From contig OZ024745.1 in NCBI GenBank assembly GCA_964016885.1, positions 11,966,001 to 12,030,000 on the forward strand: a DNA stretch of 64,000 nt, given 5' to 3'. Positions within the stretch are counted from its first letter, which is position 1. Every line of letters begins with the position of its first letter. Origin of the DNA: Eledone cirrhosa (lineage: Eukaryota). Of this stretch, positions 39,101 to 59,313 are shown one piece after another. Under the pieces are notes generated by a model. That model searched no databases and was not told the origin of the DNA. It saw only the letters and a list, made by a program, of their open reading frames with translations. The position numbers and the translations under genes were made by a program.

Positions 39101-41532
39101 TGATGCTCCAGAGTGACGGTCAATGAATGCTATTGAATGCTTTGGCGAAATCGATAACTACTCCCCAATCAAACAGTTGGAGTGCACCTTGAAAACAGTC
39201 AAAGAGTCTACTTCACCGCCTCCACCGATGCTGAGATAGCAGAGGAACCCAAGGACACCACACTTACGGCATTTTTTAAGTTATGCCGAAACGATCCCTT
39301 CGCCAAGACCATTTTCTACGCTCAGGTGCCATCATACTACACTTGGAACACAGACAACAGAATTTGGTTAAGAAGTGTGAAAGGACAACCCGTCGAGGGA
39401 CATCCAGACATTAAAATGTCCCCTACCTTTGGGAGAGTGTACACCATTCATCCTAACCAACAGGAATGCTTTTATCTCCGCCTTCTACTGCATGACGTGG
39501 TAGGACCGACATCTTTTGACGATCTGAAAACAATCAACGGAGAGCTTTGTACTTCATTCCGCGCAGCCTGCATTAGACGGGGTCTACTGGAAGATGGCGC
39601 TCAGTGGGATGCGACATTGGCAGAGGCAGCTTCAATACGCTCAGCGCGAACTCTTCGGCAACTTTTTGAGGTGCTACTGCAGACATGCGAGTTACGCGAC
39701 TCTGCCTCCTTATGGGACAAATACAAAGAGGACCTTTCCGATGACTACATACACCAAGGACAACTGCTACTCCCTCATTCCGACGTACGACTCAGCGACG
39801 AATTCTTCAACAAAGCTCTTATTGACATCGAGGACACAATCCTAACTGCCGGCGGAAATGACCTTCCATTCTATGGACTGCCAAAAGTTCAGCGAACGGG
39901 CTACGACAAACTTCCGACGGGCATAATTCAGGAAACTGCCTTGGACGTCCACGCCCTCGAACTGTTCATCAACGAAAACGAACCGAAATTGTTGCAGGAC
40001 CAACGGCAGGCGTATGACACAGTTTGCACTTCCATTCGCCAACGCAGAGGAGGTATCTTCTTTTTGGACGCCCCAGGAGGAACAGGTAAAACATTCGTCA
40101 ATAAACTCCTCCTCGCCAAAGTGCGACAGCAGAAAGGAATCGCCCTGGCTGTGGCTTCTTCTGGCATTGCCGCAACTCTGCTGCCCGGAGGTAGGACAGC
40201 TCATTCCGCATTTAAACTACCATTCAACACGACTTCAGACGACACAATACCCTGCAACATCACCAAGGACTCTGACAAAGCTGAAGTCTTGAAAAGATGC
40301 CACCTAATTGTGTGGGAGGAATGCACAATGGCCCATAAAGGGTCCCTTGAGGCGTTAGACAGGACCCTACGGGACATCAAGGAATGCAACCGGCCGATGG
40401 GAGGAGTACCTCTACTGCTGTCTGGCAATTTTGGACAAACTCTTCCAGTTGTTGCAAATGCCACCAGGGCCGACACTGTGGGGGCTTGCATTAAGTCATC
40501 TCCCCTGTGGCAGGAAGTGACAACTTGACCCTCACAACAAACATGAGAACCCAATTGCTCAGCGACCACTCAGCAGCCGACTTCTCAAAGGACCTCTTAA
40601 CAGTTGGTGACGGCACTGCACCTTCAGATGCAGCTAGAGAAATGGCAGTTTCGCAAGTAGGCACCGTTGTCGACACTGTTGACGACCTCACAGCCTCTGT
40701 CTTTCCCAATATGGCGACCAACTACAAAAACACGTGTTGGCTATGCGATAGAGCCATATTGGCTCCCAAAAATGTCTCAGTTGCAAAAATCAATGAGGAC
40801 CTTCTGCAACGCATTCCTGGAAACCTCCGTACCTACAAATCTGTGGACAAAGTGGTGGACAAAGATGAGGTTGACGATTTTCCAACAGAATTCCTCAATT
40901 CCTTGGACCTCTCTGGACTGCCACCTCATGAACTGCGCGTCAAAGTTGGGACTCCAGTCATGCTGTTGAGGAACCTGGAACCACCACGTCTCTGCAACGG
41001 AACACGGTTAGTGGTAAGAAACCTCCTGCCGCATGTAATTGAAGCCACAATTCTCACGGGCTGCGGCGCTGGAGAAAACGTCTTCATACCCAGAATGCCA
41101 TTAACTCCATCAGGTACGGAATGCCCCTGTACTCTGCGCCGACTTCAATTCCCCGTTAAACTTTGCTTCACAATGTCAATCAACAAGTCCCAAGGCCAAA
41201 CGTTATCAACGGCAGGCCTGCATTTAGCCCAGCCGTGCTTCTCACATGGCCAATTATACGTCGCATGCTCAAGAGTGGGATGCAAGCAGAACTTATTCAT
41301 ACTTGCGCCCAAAGGCAGAACAAAAGATGTGGTCTACAGAGAGGTGTTGTGACTCCTCTATTCAGCACCACTGCAGTCTTACCGGTCTGACATATGGTGA
41401 GTAGATGCTATTGTTGAATATTTTCAAACTTACCCCTATTTACTTTCAATGCCTCAATATTCATAATTGAGTGGAATCATTAAAAGTACTTTAAAGCAAT
41501 TAAACTCCGAGCAACGCCGGGCATTTCTGTTA

Positions 41533-41533
<1 letters not shown>
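36125..41533 (+). mobile_element. Decayed autonomous Helitron (RepHel: HUH Rep plus Pif1-like helicase), interrupted by an RTE LINE
   Basis: CCSDGKV zinc-finger region; Rep motifs YGRPDLFITSTCNP, VEWQKRGLPHAHLL, KYVCKYINKG; helicase motifs FLDAPGGTGKT, INKSQGQT, FSHGQLYVACSRV. 3' hairpin CCGAGCAACGCCGGG then CTGTTAG|T. Several stops and frameshifts. The 5' boundary is not resolved. Confidence 0.95.
38081..39158 (-). mobile_element. 5'-truncated RTE-clade LINE inserted in the Helitron
   Basis: RT C-terminal half: IDFAKAF, GVRRGCLLSP, FADD, FTYLGS, LLYGSETW, RGRPK..W. Short TGAGTC tail. Candidate TSD TACTC at 38076-38080 and 39159-39163. Confidence 0.93.
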
Positions 41534-41565
<32 letters not shown>

Positions 41566-41570
<5 letters not shown>

Positions 41571-41766
41571 ATGTTCAAGACCCCGACGGCAGAGCTCAAG
41601 CCGTTTCGACGGGTATTTCTGGAAGGTGAGTACAGAAATAGCCTTTGAAACGGCTTGAACTCTGCCGTCGGGGTCTTGAACATTTTCCTATTACCCACGC
41701 TACTACCCTAAGTATTGAGTACTCTGATTCGTTATGGTCCACCTGGTTCCTTACCACACTTCGTTA
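41566..41766. mobile_element. Fold-back copy of the GACCCCGACGGC terminal-repeat family
   Basis: Inverted repeat AATGTTCAAGACCCCGACGGC...GCCGTCGGGGTCTTGAACATT plus the same 3' tail as the 31611 copy. Confidence 0.7.
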
Positions 41767-41812
41767 TATATATATATAAGCATCGATTCTTTGCTTAAAC
41801 GTTAATCTGTTA

Positions 41813-41874
<62 letters not shown>

Positions 41875-41878
<4 letters not shown>

Positions 41879-42116
41879 TCAAAGGTATATATTGAGTTAG
41901 AAACTCAAAATAGTCTCTAACAATTAAATAGCTCAAGGAAGGAGGTATTTCTGAGCCGTGTAATATAATTGAATATAAAAGGGAGATAAACACAGATATA
42001 AACATATATGTGTTCATATTGTTAATAGTTAGTATTCTTTTTAACCTAGCGAACCTAGTCCTTTACGATTTGAACACATATATGTTTATATCTGTGTTTA
42101 TCTCTCTTTTATATTC

Positions 42117-42121
<5 letters not shown>
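41875..42121. mobile_element. Inverted-repeat fragment of another (TA)n-associated family (related copy at ~51790-51985)
   Basis: TATAATTGAATATAAAAG..GTGTTCA inverted as TGAACAC..CTTTTATATTCAATTATA; homologous sequence at 51795-51985. Confidence 0.6.
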
Positions 42122-42174
<53 letters not shown>

Positions 42175-43289
42175 CATATTTCTGTGTGTAAATCTTCAAT
42201 ACTAGACTAGTACTGTGCCAATACGATGATTATTGGAATTAAACAATGGTTCTTGCCTGTTCAGTACTTCTTTTGCAAAGAGTGTATTACCTGTGATTAT
42301 CCTTTCAAATTATATGTCACAATATATTATGTGTATGTCAATATAAGCTGCAGTGACGATTGCTTTCGGTTAAATCCAATCTAAATGAAAGCTTGTGATC
42401 AGGAAGATGACTATAGTGATTCCAAGTCTCCTTCAATTGCCTTCCGCAATAGTATACCTGAGACAGGTATATCAGAATGGGGTGATAGTCTTAATACCAT
42501 TCTAACTTTCAAAGGTCAGGAGAGTTTCCTGTTTCGATCACGTTCTTAATAGATTGATTGAATAAATCTACGCCTGTTAATAATTCTCTATTGCGAACAT
42601 TTACATATGTGCATGTATGTTTGTACGTGCGTGAATATCTGCATGCATGTGTACGATTGCGTGTGTGTGTGTGTGTATGCGTGTGTGTGTGTATGTATGT
42701 GTGTGTGTGTGAGTGTGTGTGTATGTGTGTGTGTGAGTGTGTGTGTGAGTGTGCGTGTATGTGTGTGAGTGAGTGTGTGTGTGTGTATGTGTGTGTGTGT
42801 GTGTTCGCGTGAGTATGTGTAGTGTGTGCGTGCGTGCGCGTGAGTGTGTGCGTATTCTGACTTTTTTTGTGTTCTTCAAAATATTATTGATAAGATCTCT
42901 TGAGGCATAAATAAAATGAAACTTCAGATTTAGAGACGGAAGTTATAATAAATCTCTATGAAACATTGCTGAAATAAAAATATTATATTCCCTCGATTTT
43001 ATAAACAAAATGGTTTTATCTCGAACCATCTATATTTCAATTCCTTTTCCTGAATTGTCTTTTTAAATTAAAATGTGAAAATTCTGTACTGTCTTCTAAT
43101 AAATAACAGCAAAAGATGAAACTGTGTTGATTGTATTCGAGATTATAAAGATGCTTCGTGTGGTTTATACAGCTACAAGAGATATACTCGGTCTAGTATG
43201 TTCAATCAATCAACTATGTCTTCAGCAATTTCTTCCAGAGAAAGATAGAAAGTGAGAGAAAGGAAATGTGAAAGAGATATAGAGGAAGA

Positions 43290-43368
43290 ATCGACCCAGT
43301 ACTAGACTGGTACTTTTTTATCGACTTCGAAAGGATGAAACGCAAAGTTGACCTCGGCGGCATTTGAA

Positions 43369-43372
<4 letters not shown>
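43290..43372 (-). mobile_element. SINE fragment
   Basis: ACTGGTACTTTTTTATCGACTTCGAAAGGATGAAACGCAAAGTTGACCTCGGCGGCATTTGAA matches the SINE central domain and B-box. Confidence 0.75.
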
Positions 43373-43403
<31 letters not shown>

Positions 43404-43405
<2 letters not shown>

Positions 43406-43602
43406 GTGGTAACACAACAGTTAGTTCACTATTCCGAGAACAATTGTTTCACCTTAGCGGATCCTCAGCTCGGACTGATCATGGTTATACGGTATAGGAA
43501 GAATAACCGCATTCCGTATAACCATGACCAGTCCTAGCTGAAGATCTGCTAAGGTGAAACAATTGTTATCGGTATGGTGAACTAACTGTTGTGTTACCAC
43601 TT
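43404..43602. mobile_element. Mini fold-back element (~90-bp arms) with hammerhead motifs
   Basis: AAGTGGTAACACAACAGTTAGTTCAC...GTGAACTAACTGTTGTGTTACCACTT. Minus 43434-43473 reads CCGAG-CTGAGGA-TCCGCTAAGGT-GAAA-CAATTG-TT-CTCGG; the plus mirror is 43533-43572. Confidence 0.82.
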
Positions 43603-43665
43603 CTACCTAACTCTTCCCATGGACTGAGTGCTCTACCACTACGGATATTACCTTCCACACACACA

Positions 43666-45839
<2,174 letters not shown>

Positions 45840-46009
45840 AATGAGTGATAAGTTTTTTTCAAAAGGCTAGAATGTGGTAAAATATATGAAGGGCAACAAC
45901 TGATGGTAGATAAAGGAAGAGAAAGAAATGTGTATTTTGATATATTTTTGTGGAAACCAACAAAACCTGCAGCTGTTACTAAAGACACAGTCAACTACGG
46001 ACAGTGTAT

Positions 46010-47142
46010 ATATCGTTATATATGTCGCTATATAGTGATGTGTATATATGTAGCTATATAGTGATGTGTATATATGTAGCTATATAGTGGTGTGTATATA
46101 TGTTGCTATATAGTGTTGTGTATATATGTAGCTATATAGTGGTGTGTATATATGTCGCTATATAGTGATGTGTATATATGTCGCTATATAGAGATGTGTA
46201 TATATGTCGCTATATAGTGCTGTGTATATATGTAGCTATATAGTGGTGTGTATATATGTCGCTATATAGTGATGTGTATATATGTAGCTATATAGTGATG
46301 TGGATATATGTAGCTATATAGTTATGTGTATATATGTCACTATATAGTGATGGGGATATATGTAGTTATATAGTGATGTGTATATATGTAGCTATATAGT
46401 GATGTGTATATATGTCACTATATAGTGGTGTGTATATATGTAGCTATATAGAGATGTGTATGTATGTAGCTATATAGTGGTGTGTATATATGTCGCTATA
46501 TAGTGGTGTGTATATATGTCGTTATATAGTGATGTGTATATATGTGGCTATATAGTGGTGTGTATATATGTCACTATATAGCGATGTGTATATATGTAGC
46601 TATATAGTGATGTGTATATATGTCACTATATAGTGGTGTGTATATATGTAGCTATATAGTGATGTGTATGTATGTAGCTATATAGTGATGTGTATATATG
46701 TAGCTATATAGTGATGTGTATATATGTAGCTATATAGTGGTGTGTATGTATGTAGCTATATAGTGGTGTGTATATATGTCGTTATATAGTGATGTGTATA
46801 TATGTGGCTATATAGTGGTGTGTATATATGTCACTATATAGTGATGTGTATATATGTCGCTATATAGTGGTGTGTATATATGTCACTATATAGTGATGTG
46901 TATATATGTAGCTATATAGTGATGTGTATATATGTCGCTATATAGGGATGTGTATATATGTAGCTATATAGTGGTGTGTATGTATGCAGCTATATAGTGG
47001 TGTGTATATATGTCGCTATATAGTGGTGTGTATATATGTGACTATATAGTGATGTGTATATATATATGTGACTATATAGTGATGTATATATATATATGTC
47101 GCTATATAGTGATGTGTATATATATATGTGACTATATAGTGA
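46010..47142 (+). repeat. 26-bp minisatellite TAGCTATATAGTGATGTGTATATATG
   Basis: About 43 tandem units with a 26-bp period. Confidence 0.95.
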
Positions 47143-47693
47143 TAATATATATTCTAAGATCTACCAAATGATATGTGGTAACTTGGCAGCTTTCAAGAAT
47201 TACCTTCGAAAACCCAATTATCTTTAACATACACAGATTGGATTCCTCACACAATCATGATCATCGATCTATAATATTATAGACAAATTAATACAAATAC
47301 TGTTGATTCAATTAACTAATTTAATATAGAATAAACCTCTCCTTATCTGAATGTGTATATATGTATATATATAATGACGTATTATATTCGTTTTTTCCCG
47401 TTCTTTGCTAGGGAACGTTTCCACGAACCAAAGTATCGTCTTCCTGTCTTTCTTCGGTTGCAACGTTTTTTGAAATATTTACTTCTGCGTTCACAGATTG
47501 ACTTTTTAGTTTCAGAAGATCCCGTTAATAGTGAAAGCAGCGATTTTTTGCTTAAACTTTAATCTGTTATTTTAATAAATAAATATATATATAAATATAT
47601 ATGCAGATGTTATATATAATTTGTTGTGATTCAAGAAGCTTAAACATTTCTATAACTGATATAAAGCACTCAACAGTTTAGTGGAGTAAATAC

Positions 47694-51485
<3,792 letters not shown>

Positions 51486-51525
51486 TATAATCTTCTATAC
51501 ACAATTATACACACACGTTTATATT

Positions 51526-51572
<47 letters not shown>

Positions 51573-51597
51573 ATGTATTTGTGTGTGTGTGTGTGTA

Positions 51598-51655
<58 letters not shown>

Positions 51656-52041
51656 CAGATTCAGGACCCCGACGGCTGAGCCCCGGCTATTTCCTCAGCT
51701 AGATCCAAAGCACACCCTATCTGATATATATATAAATATAATAAATTTGTATTTATTTTCTTGATTTATTCTTAAATTGAGTCAGGCAAACTCTATTGTC
51801 TATAGTTAGTATTCTTTTCACCTTAGCGAATCTGGTCCCTTACGATTTGAACACATATATCTATATATCTGTGTTCGTTTTTCTTTTATATTTAATTATA
51901 ATATGCGGCTCAGAACAATCTCTTTCCTAGAGGTATTTTATTGTAAGAGACTATTTTGAGTTTCTAACTCAATATATACCTTTGATATATATAAATATAT
52001 ATATATATGCATGCATACATACATATATATATTTATATACA

Positions 52042-52113
<72 letters not shown>

Positions 52114-52280
52114 GGAGTAACAGATTATTGTTATAGGTAGTTCACTTAAGTGTAGTCCAGTTATGGTACTCCGAGTAGTAGATGACATCAACGCTTGGCT
52201 AAGTTTGACTCATCAAGGCGTTTCCATAGTGATGCTGCGAGTATGCTGTAATTCCTATGTTGTAAACACTTGGAGTAATG

Positions 52281-52806
52281 ATAAATCAGGAATGAAGAGT
52301 GACACGGTTTGCTATACAAAAAAGGTTTTTAATCTCATTGATGACAATTGTTTCTCTGAACTGGTAGGTCTAGAGATCGCTACCCGCTTATTTTCACGGC
52401 ATTCGATCACCAATACATAGTTGTAACAAGTCAATGCATCGGAGCTTGTGAGAATGAAAGGAATATACAGGCATGGCTACTATATATGGTAGTAATGGCA
52501 TTCAATCAGAACAATAACAACAATAATGTTGTGATTATTTCAAATAATTTATTGCTAGCATTGTTAGTATTGTTGTTATTGTTCTGATTGAATGCCATTA
52601 CTACTATATATAGTAGCCATGCCTGTATATTCCTTTCATTCTCACAAGCTCCGATGAATTGACTGGTTACAACTATGTATTGGTGATTGAATGCCGTGAA
52701 AACAATCGGGTAGCGATCTCTAGACCTACCAGTTCAGAGAAACAATTGTCAGCAATGAGATTAAAAACCTTTTTTGTATAGCAAACCGTGTCACTCTTCC
52801 TGATTT
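52281..52806. mobile_element. Fold-back element (~250-bp arms); related fragments at 23150-23225 and 30340-30470
   Basis: ATAAATCAGGAA..GAGTGACACGGTTTGCTATAC is inverted at the right end. Contains GAAA-CAATTG-TC-AGCAAT (hammerhead 3' half); no clear CTGANGA. Confidence 0.8.
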
Positions 52807-52963
52807 ATATATATATATATATATATATAGTAATATTAATAAATTTGAAGACTAAAATCCAAAGAGGGCTCGATAAGGATAAATATATATCAAATATATA
52901 AGAACCGTAGAGCAAATATTTATTAAAAATAACAGATTAAAGTTTAATCTGTTATTTTAATAA

Positions 52964-53003
<40 letters not shown>

Positions 53004-53005
53004 GA

Positions 53006-53124
<119 letters not shown>

Positions 53125-53190
53125 AAATAAAATAAAATAAAATAAAATAAAATAAATAAGTCAAATATTTAAAATTTGGCTTCGTTTATT

Positions 53191-53245
53191 ACTGCTATAT
53201 ATATTTCGGTGACAGCCATCTTTGGCTGTGACCTCTTCAGGCAGT
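53191..53245 (-). ncRNA. Canonical minimal type I hammerhead motif (same family as 31940)
   Basis: Minus strand: ACTGC-CTGAAGA-GGTCACAGCCA(AAGA)TGGCTGTCACC-GAAA-TATATA-TA-GCAGT. Confidence 0.88.
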
Positions 53246-53394
53246 CCGAATTAGTGTGGTAGAGATGAGTACACATGTTGTTGAGGTGTTTAACTTTGTC
53301 AATACTCTGATATGCCCAGTTCCTGGTTGGGTTGTTATTTCACTGAGGAACTGGAATCATATGAATTTAAACAAACGAATTTCAGCGTCATATA

Positions 53395-53453
<59 letters not shown>

Positions 53454-53507
53454 CGTTTCTGAATTTGTTTAGCAAGATTCTTTATCTGAAATCGTGTGTT
53501 GAAACCG

Positions 53508-54008
53508 ATATTGTTATACTTTGGGAGGGTCATGTTGCCAATAAGAAACACACGCACCAGTTGCTTTCACTTCAATTTATTATATATTTATAAATTTATA
53601 AATTTACAAATCTACAAATTTATAAATTTCTGGTTGGTTGGTTGGTTCCACAACCAGATAGTTGTTTATATATAGTCATAGTCCTTTCGTCACACACTCT
53701 GTGACCTCTTCAGTGACTGGGGATTCCTTTCTTTGTTTCTGTGCCTTTCCTTTCTTCTGTCCTACGCCATTTTGTTTCAACAAAGAAAGGAATCCCCAGT
53801 CACTGAAGAGGTCACAGAGTGTGTGACGAAAGGACTATGACTATATATAAACAACTATCTGGTTGTGGAACCAACCAACCAACCAGAAATTTATAAGTTT
53901 GTAGATTTGTAAATTTATAAATTTATAAATATATAATAAATTGAAGTGAAAGCAACTGGTGCGTGTGTTTCTTATTGGCAACATGACCCTCCCAAAGTAT
54001 AACAATAT
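53508..54008. mobile_element. Fold-back element (~230-bp arms) with hammerheads
   Basis: Plus 53798-53842 reads AGTCA-CTGAAGA-GGTCACAGAGTGTGTGAC-GAAA-GGAC-TA-TGACT; the mirror is 53674-53718. Confidence 0.85.
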
Positions 54009-54354
54009 ATATATATATATATATATAGTGAAAGGATAACAAGAACGATTGGTTACTCCTTCATTACATTTATTGGTAGGTGACGCGCATTTCGCCACTG
54101 ATCAGCTCAAGGTTCGATCTGTATCGATCTTACCCGACTCTATAATCGGTAGCTCGACGGACCCTTTAAAATGCTATAAGAAAATGAATACATGCTACAT
54201 GATAAAGTCTGAAGATCATAAGTTGGTCAACATGAGTTGGTTGTTTCTATTTGTGGAAGAGGTCATAGGGTGTATTCGCATGTAGTGTATATGGCGGTGG
54301 ATGCGATGATAAGCTGTTGGTGACGGTCGCTGACTGGGATGGACTGTGATGTGG

Positions 54355-54572
54355 GGGTAGTGGATTGTCGGTAGACAGATTGGCGTATATTGGTGGCTGG
54401 TTATTGTATTATATTATATTGTATTATATTATATCATATTATATTATATTATATGATCTGAGTTCAAATTCCGCCGAGGTTAAATTTGCCTTTCATCCTT
54501 ACGGGATCGATAAAATAAAGTACCAGTAATGTATTGGGTAATTGCTGACATTGTGCCTAAAAATAGAAACAA
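54355..54572 (+). mobile_element. SINE with internal (TATTA)n expansion
   Basis: GGGGTAGTGGATTG head, then TATTA repeats, then GATCTGAGTTCAAATTCCGCCGAGG...GTGCCTAAAAATAGAAACAAT. Confidence 0.75.
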
Positions 54573-55312
54573 TTATATTATATTATATCATATTATATTA
54601 TATTATATTACATAATATTATATTATATTATATTGTATTGTATTATATTATATTATATTATATTATATTATATTATATTATATTATATTGTATTGTATTA
54701 TATTATATTATATTATATTATATTATATTATATTATATTATATTATATTATATTATATTATATTATATTATATTATATTATATTATATTATATTATATTA
54801 TATTGTATTGTATTATATTATATTATATTATATTATATTATATTATATTGTATTGTATTATATTATATTATATTACATAATATTATATTATATTATATTA
54901 TATTGTATTATATTATATTATATTATATTATATTATATTATATTATATTATATTATATTATATTATATTATATTATATTATATTGTATTGTATTATATTA
55001 TATTATATTATATTATATTATATTATATTATATTGTATTGTATTATATTATATTATATTATATTATATTATATTATATTATATTATATTATATTATATTA
55101 TATTATATTATATTATATTATATTATATCATGTTATATTATATTATATTATATTATATTATATTATATTATATTATATTATATTATATTATATTATATTA
55201 TATTGTATTGTATTATATTATATTATATTATATTATATTATATTATATTATATTATATTATATTATATTATATTATATTATATTGTATTGTATCATATTA
55301 TATTATATTATA

Positions 55313-55497
55313 GGGTAGTGGATTGGCAGTATTGGTAGAGGGTCGGACGCCATCTTTCGAGCATAGTTACGTCCCTTTACGATCTGAGTTCAAATCCTGC
55401 CGAGGTTAACTTTGCCTTTCATCCTTACGGGGTCGATAAAATAAAATACCAGTAATACACTGGGTGATTGCTGGCCTTGTGCCAAAAGTAGAAACAA
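55313..55497 (+). mobile_element. Full-length tRNA-derived SINE
   Basis: GGGTAGTGGATTGGCAGTATTGGTAG...GAGTTCAAATCC...CCTTTCATCCTTACGGGGTCGATAAAA...GTGCCAAAAGTAGAAACAAT. Confidence 0.9.
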
Positions 55498-56734
55498 TTA
55501 TATTATGTTATATTATATTATATCATATTATATTATATCATATCATATTATATTATATTATATTATATTATATTGTATTGTATTATATTATATTATATTA
55601 TATTATATCATATTATATTATATTATATTAAATTAAATTATATTATATCATATTATATTATATTATATTATATTATATTATATTATATTATATTATATTA
55701 TATCATATCATATCATATCATATCATATCATATCATATCATATCATATCATATTATATTATATTATATTGTATTATATTGTATTGTATTATATTATATTA
55801 TATTATATTATATTATATTATATTATATTATATTATATTATATTATATTGTATTATATTATATTATATTATATTATATTAAATTATATTATATCATATAT
55901 ATTATATCATATTATATTATATTATATCATATTATATTATATTATATTATATTATATTATATTATATTATATTATATTGAATATATTATATTATATCATA
56001 TTATATTATATTATATTACATTATATTATATTATATTATATTATATTATATTTTATTATATTATATCATATTATATTATATTATATTATATTATATTATA
56101 TTATATTATATTATATTATATTATATTATATTATATTATATTATATTATATTATATTATATTATATTATATTGAATATATTATATTATATCATATTATAT
56201 TATATTGTATTACATTATATTATATTATATCATATTATATTATATTATATCATATTATATTATATTATATCATATTATATTATATTATATTATATTATAT
56301 TATATTATATTATATTATATTATATTATATTGTATTATATTATATTATATTATATTATATTATATTATATTATATCATATTATATTATATTATATTATAT
56401 TATATTATATTATATTATATTATATTTTATTATATTATATTATATTATATCATATTATATTATATCATATCATATTATATTATATTATATTATATTATAT
56501 TGTATTGTATTATATTATATTATATTATATCATATTATATTATATTATATTAAATTATATTATATCATATTATATTATATTATATCATATTATATTATAT
56601 TATATTATATTATATTATATTATATTATATTATATTATATTATATTATATTATATTATATTATATTATATCATATCATATCATATTATATTATATTATAT
56701 TATATTATATTATATTATATTATATTATATTATA

Positions 56735-57545
56735 CTAGCAGTAAAGCCCGGCGTTGCTCGGGGTCGCTCAGTAGCTGTGTTAAAGTTACAATGTTAAGTT
56801 TCTTTTTTGGCTTAAAAACTGGAGTCTCTACTGTGCAGACTTGCATGTGGTGTTTTTGATTAATATTCCCTCAACCAACAATATACCTTATGAAGTTAAG
56901 AAAACATAACGATAACCCGAATGTTATAACAAAAGAGGATGCTGGGGATAAAAACTGCACTGGTTATTTATTAACAAAGATCGAAAATGTAATCACTGCA
57001 ACGCAGAGAAAAACATTAGCGTAACCAAATTATCAGTTATGTCTGTCTGCACGCCTATATCACCTCTCTGCACGACTGTCTGTCTGCATGCCTGAAATAT
57101 TTGCTTGTTTTACGTAGTCTTTAAATAGACTTGTTTTCAAGTAAAAATATTGTTTTAAAATGATTTTAAATGGAAATGAAGCAAAACGGAACCTTAGTGT
57201 TCGAACTGATGAATTTTGCAGGTCAATATTTTGCTGGCTCGACAACTGTTCGTGTATTGTGTTAATGTCATTTTAAACGCTGAGAAAGCCAGCGTAATGT
57301 TTTACGTAAGACGCTCAATGTAAACAGAACAAAGGGAAATAACTGATAACTTACGCTCAAAAATCGATACATTATATTCGATTTCGTCACATAGGGTGGG
57401 TCAATTTGAAATTTTTTTTTTCCGATGTCTTCGCTAGGTCTCAATGTACAAGTATAGCAATTTCGGTGCAATTCCGTGAGAGATTCTAAGAGGAGATGTG
57501 TGCCAAAAATCGATAGACAGACAACCACAGTTTTATATATATAGA
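56735..57545 (-). mobile_element. Non-autonomous Helitron, copy 1
   Basis: Minus strand A|TCTATATATATAAAACTGTGG...CCCCGAGCAACGCCGGGCTTTACTGCTAG|T, inserted between A and T. Confidence 0.9.
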
Positions 57546-57958
57546 TTATATTATATCATATTATATTATATTATATTAAATTATATTATATCATATATAT
57601 TATATCATATTATATTATATTATATCATATTATATTATATTATATTATATTATATTATATTGAATATATTATATTATATCATATTATATTATATTATATT
57701 ACATTATATTATATTATATTATATTATATTATATTTTATTATATTATATCATATTATATTATATTATATTATATTATATTATATTATATTATATTATATT
57801 ATATTATATTATATTATATTATATTATATTATATTATATTATATTATATTATAATATGATATAATATAATATATTATAATATAATACAATATATTATATT
57901 ATATCATATTATATTATATTATATCATATTATATTATATTATATTATATTATATTATA

Positions 57959-58915
57959 CTAGCAGTAAAGCCCGGCGTTGCTCGGGGTCGCTCAGTAGCT
58001 GTGTTAAAGTTACAATGTTAAGTTTCTTTCTTGGCTTAAAAACTGTAGTGTCTACTGTGCAGACTTGCATATGGTGTTCTTGATTAATATTCCCTCAACC
58101 AACAATATGCCTTATGAAGTTAAGAAAACATAACGATAACCCGAATGTTATAACAAAAGAGGATGCTGGGGATAGAAACTGCACTGGTTATTTATTAACA
58201 AAGATCGAAAATGTAAACACTGCAACGTAGAGAAAAACATTAGCGTAACCAAATTATCAGTTATGTCTGTCTGCACGCCTATATCACCTCTCTGCATCAC
58301 TGTCTGTCTGCACGCCTATATCACCTCTCTGCACGACTGTCTGTCTGCACGCCTATATCACCTCTCTGCACGACTGTCTGTCTGCACGCCTATATCACCT
58401 CTCTGCACGACTGTCTGTCTGCACGCGTATATCACCTCTCTGTACGACTGTCTGTCTGCACGACTGTCTGTCTGCACGCCTAACGACGAAATATTTGCTT
58501 GTTTTACGTAGTCTTTAAATAGACTTGTTTTCAAGTAAAAATATTGTTTTAAAATGCTTTTAAATGGAAATGAAGCAAAACGGAAGCTTAGTGTTCGAAC
58601 TGATGAATTTTGCAGGTCAATATTTTGCTATGTCATTTTAAACGCTGAGAAAGCCAGCGTAATTTTTTACGTAAGACGCTCAATGTAAACAGACCAAAGG
58701 GAAATAACTGATAACTTACGCTCAAAAATCGATACATTATATTCGATTTCGTCACATAGGGTGGGTCAATTTGAAATTATTTTTTTTCCAATGTCTTCGC
58801 TAGGGTTCAATGTACAAGTATAGCAATTTCGGTGCAATGCCGTGAGAGATTCTAAGAGGAGATGTGTGCCAAAAATCGATAGACAGACAGACAACCACAG
58901 TTTTATATATATAGA
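57959..58915 (-). mobile_element. Non-autonomous Helitron, copy 2 (expanded internal 37-bp minisatellite)
   Basis: Same termini; repeats of CTGTCTGTCTGCACGCCTATATCACCTCTCTGCACGA. Confidence 0.9.
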
Positions 58916-59313
58916 TTATATTATATCATATTATATTATATTATATTAAATTATATTATATCATATATATTATATCATATTATATTATATTATATCATAT
59001 TATATTATATTATATTATATTATATTATATTATATTGAATATATTATATTATATCATATTATATTATATTATATTACATTATATTATATTATATTATATT
59101 ATATTATATTTTATTATATTATATCATATTATATTATATTATATTATATTATATTATATTATATTATATTATATTATATTATATTATATTATATTATATT
59201 ATAATATGATATAATATAATATATTATAATATAATACAATATATTATATTATATCATATTATATTATATTATATCATATTATATTATATTATATTACATT
59301 ATATTATATTATA

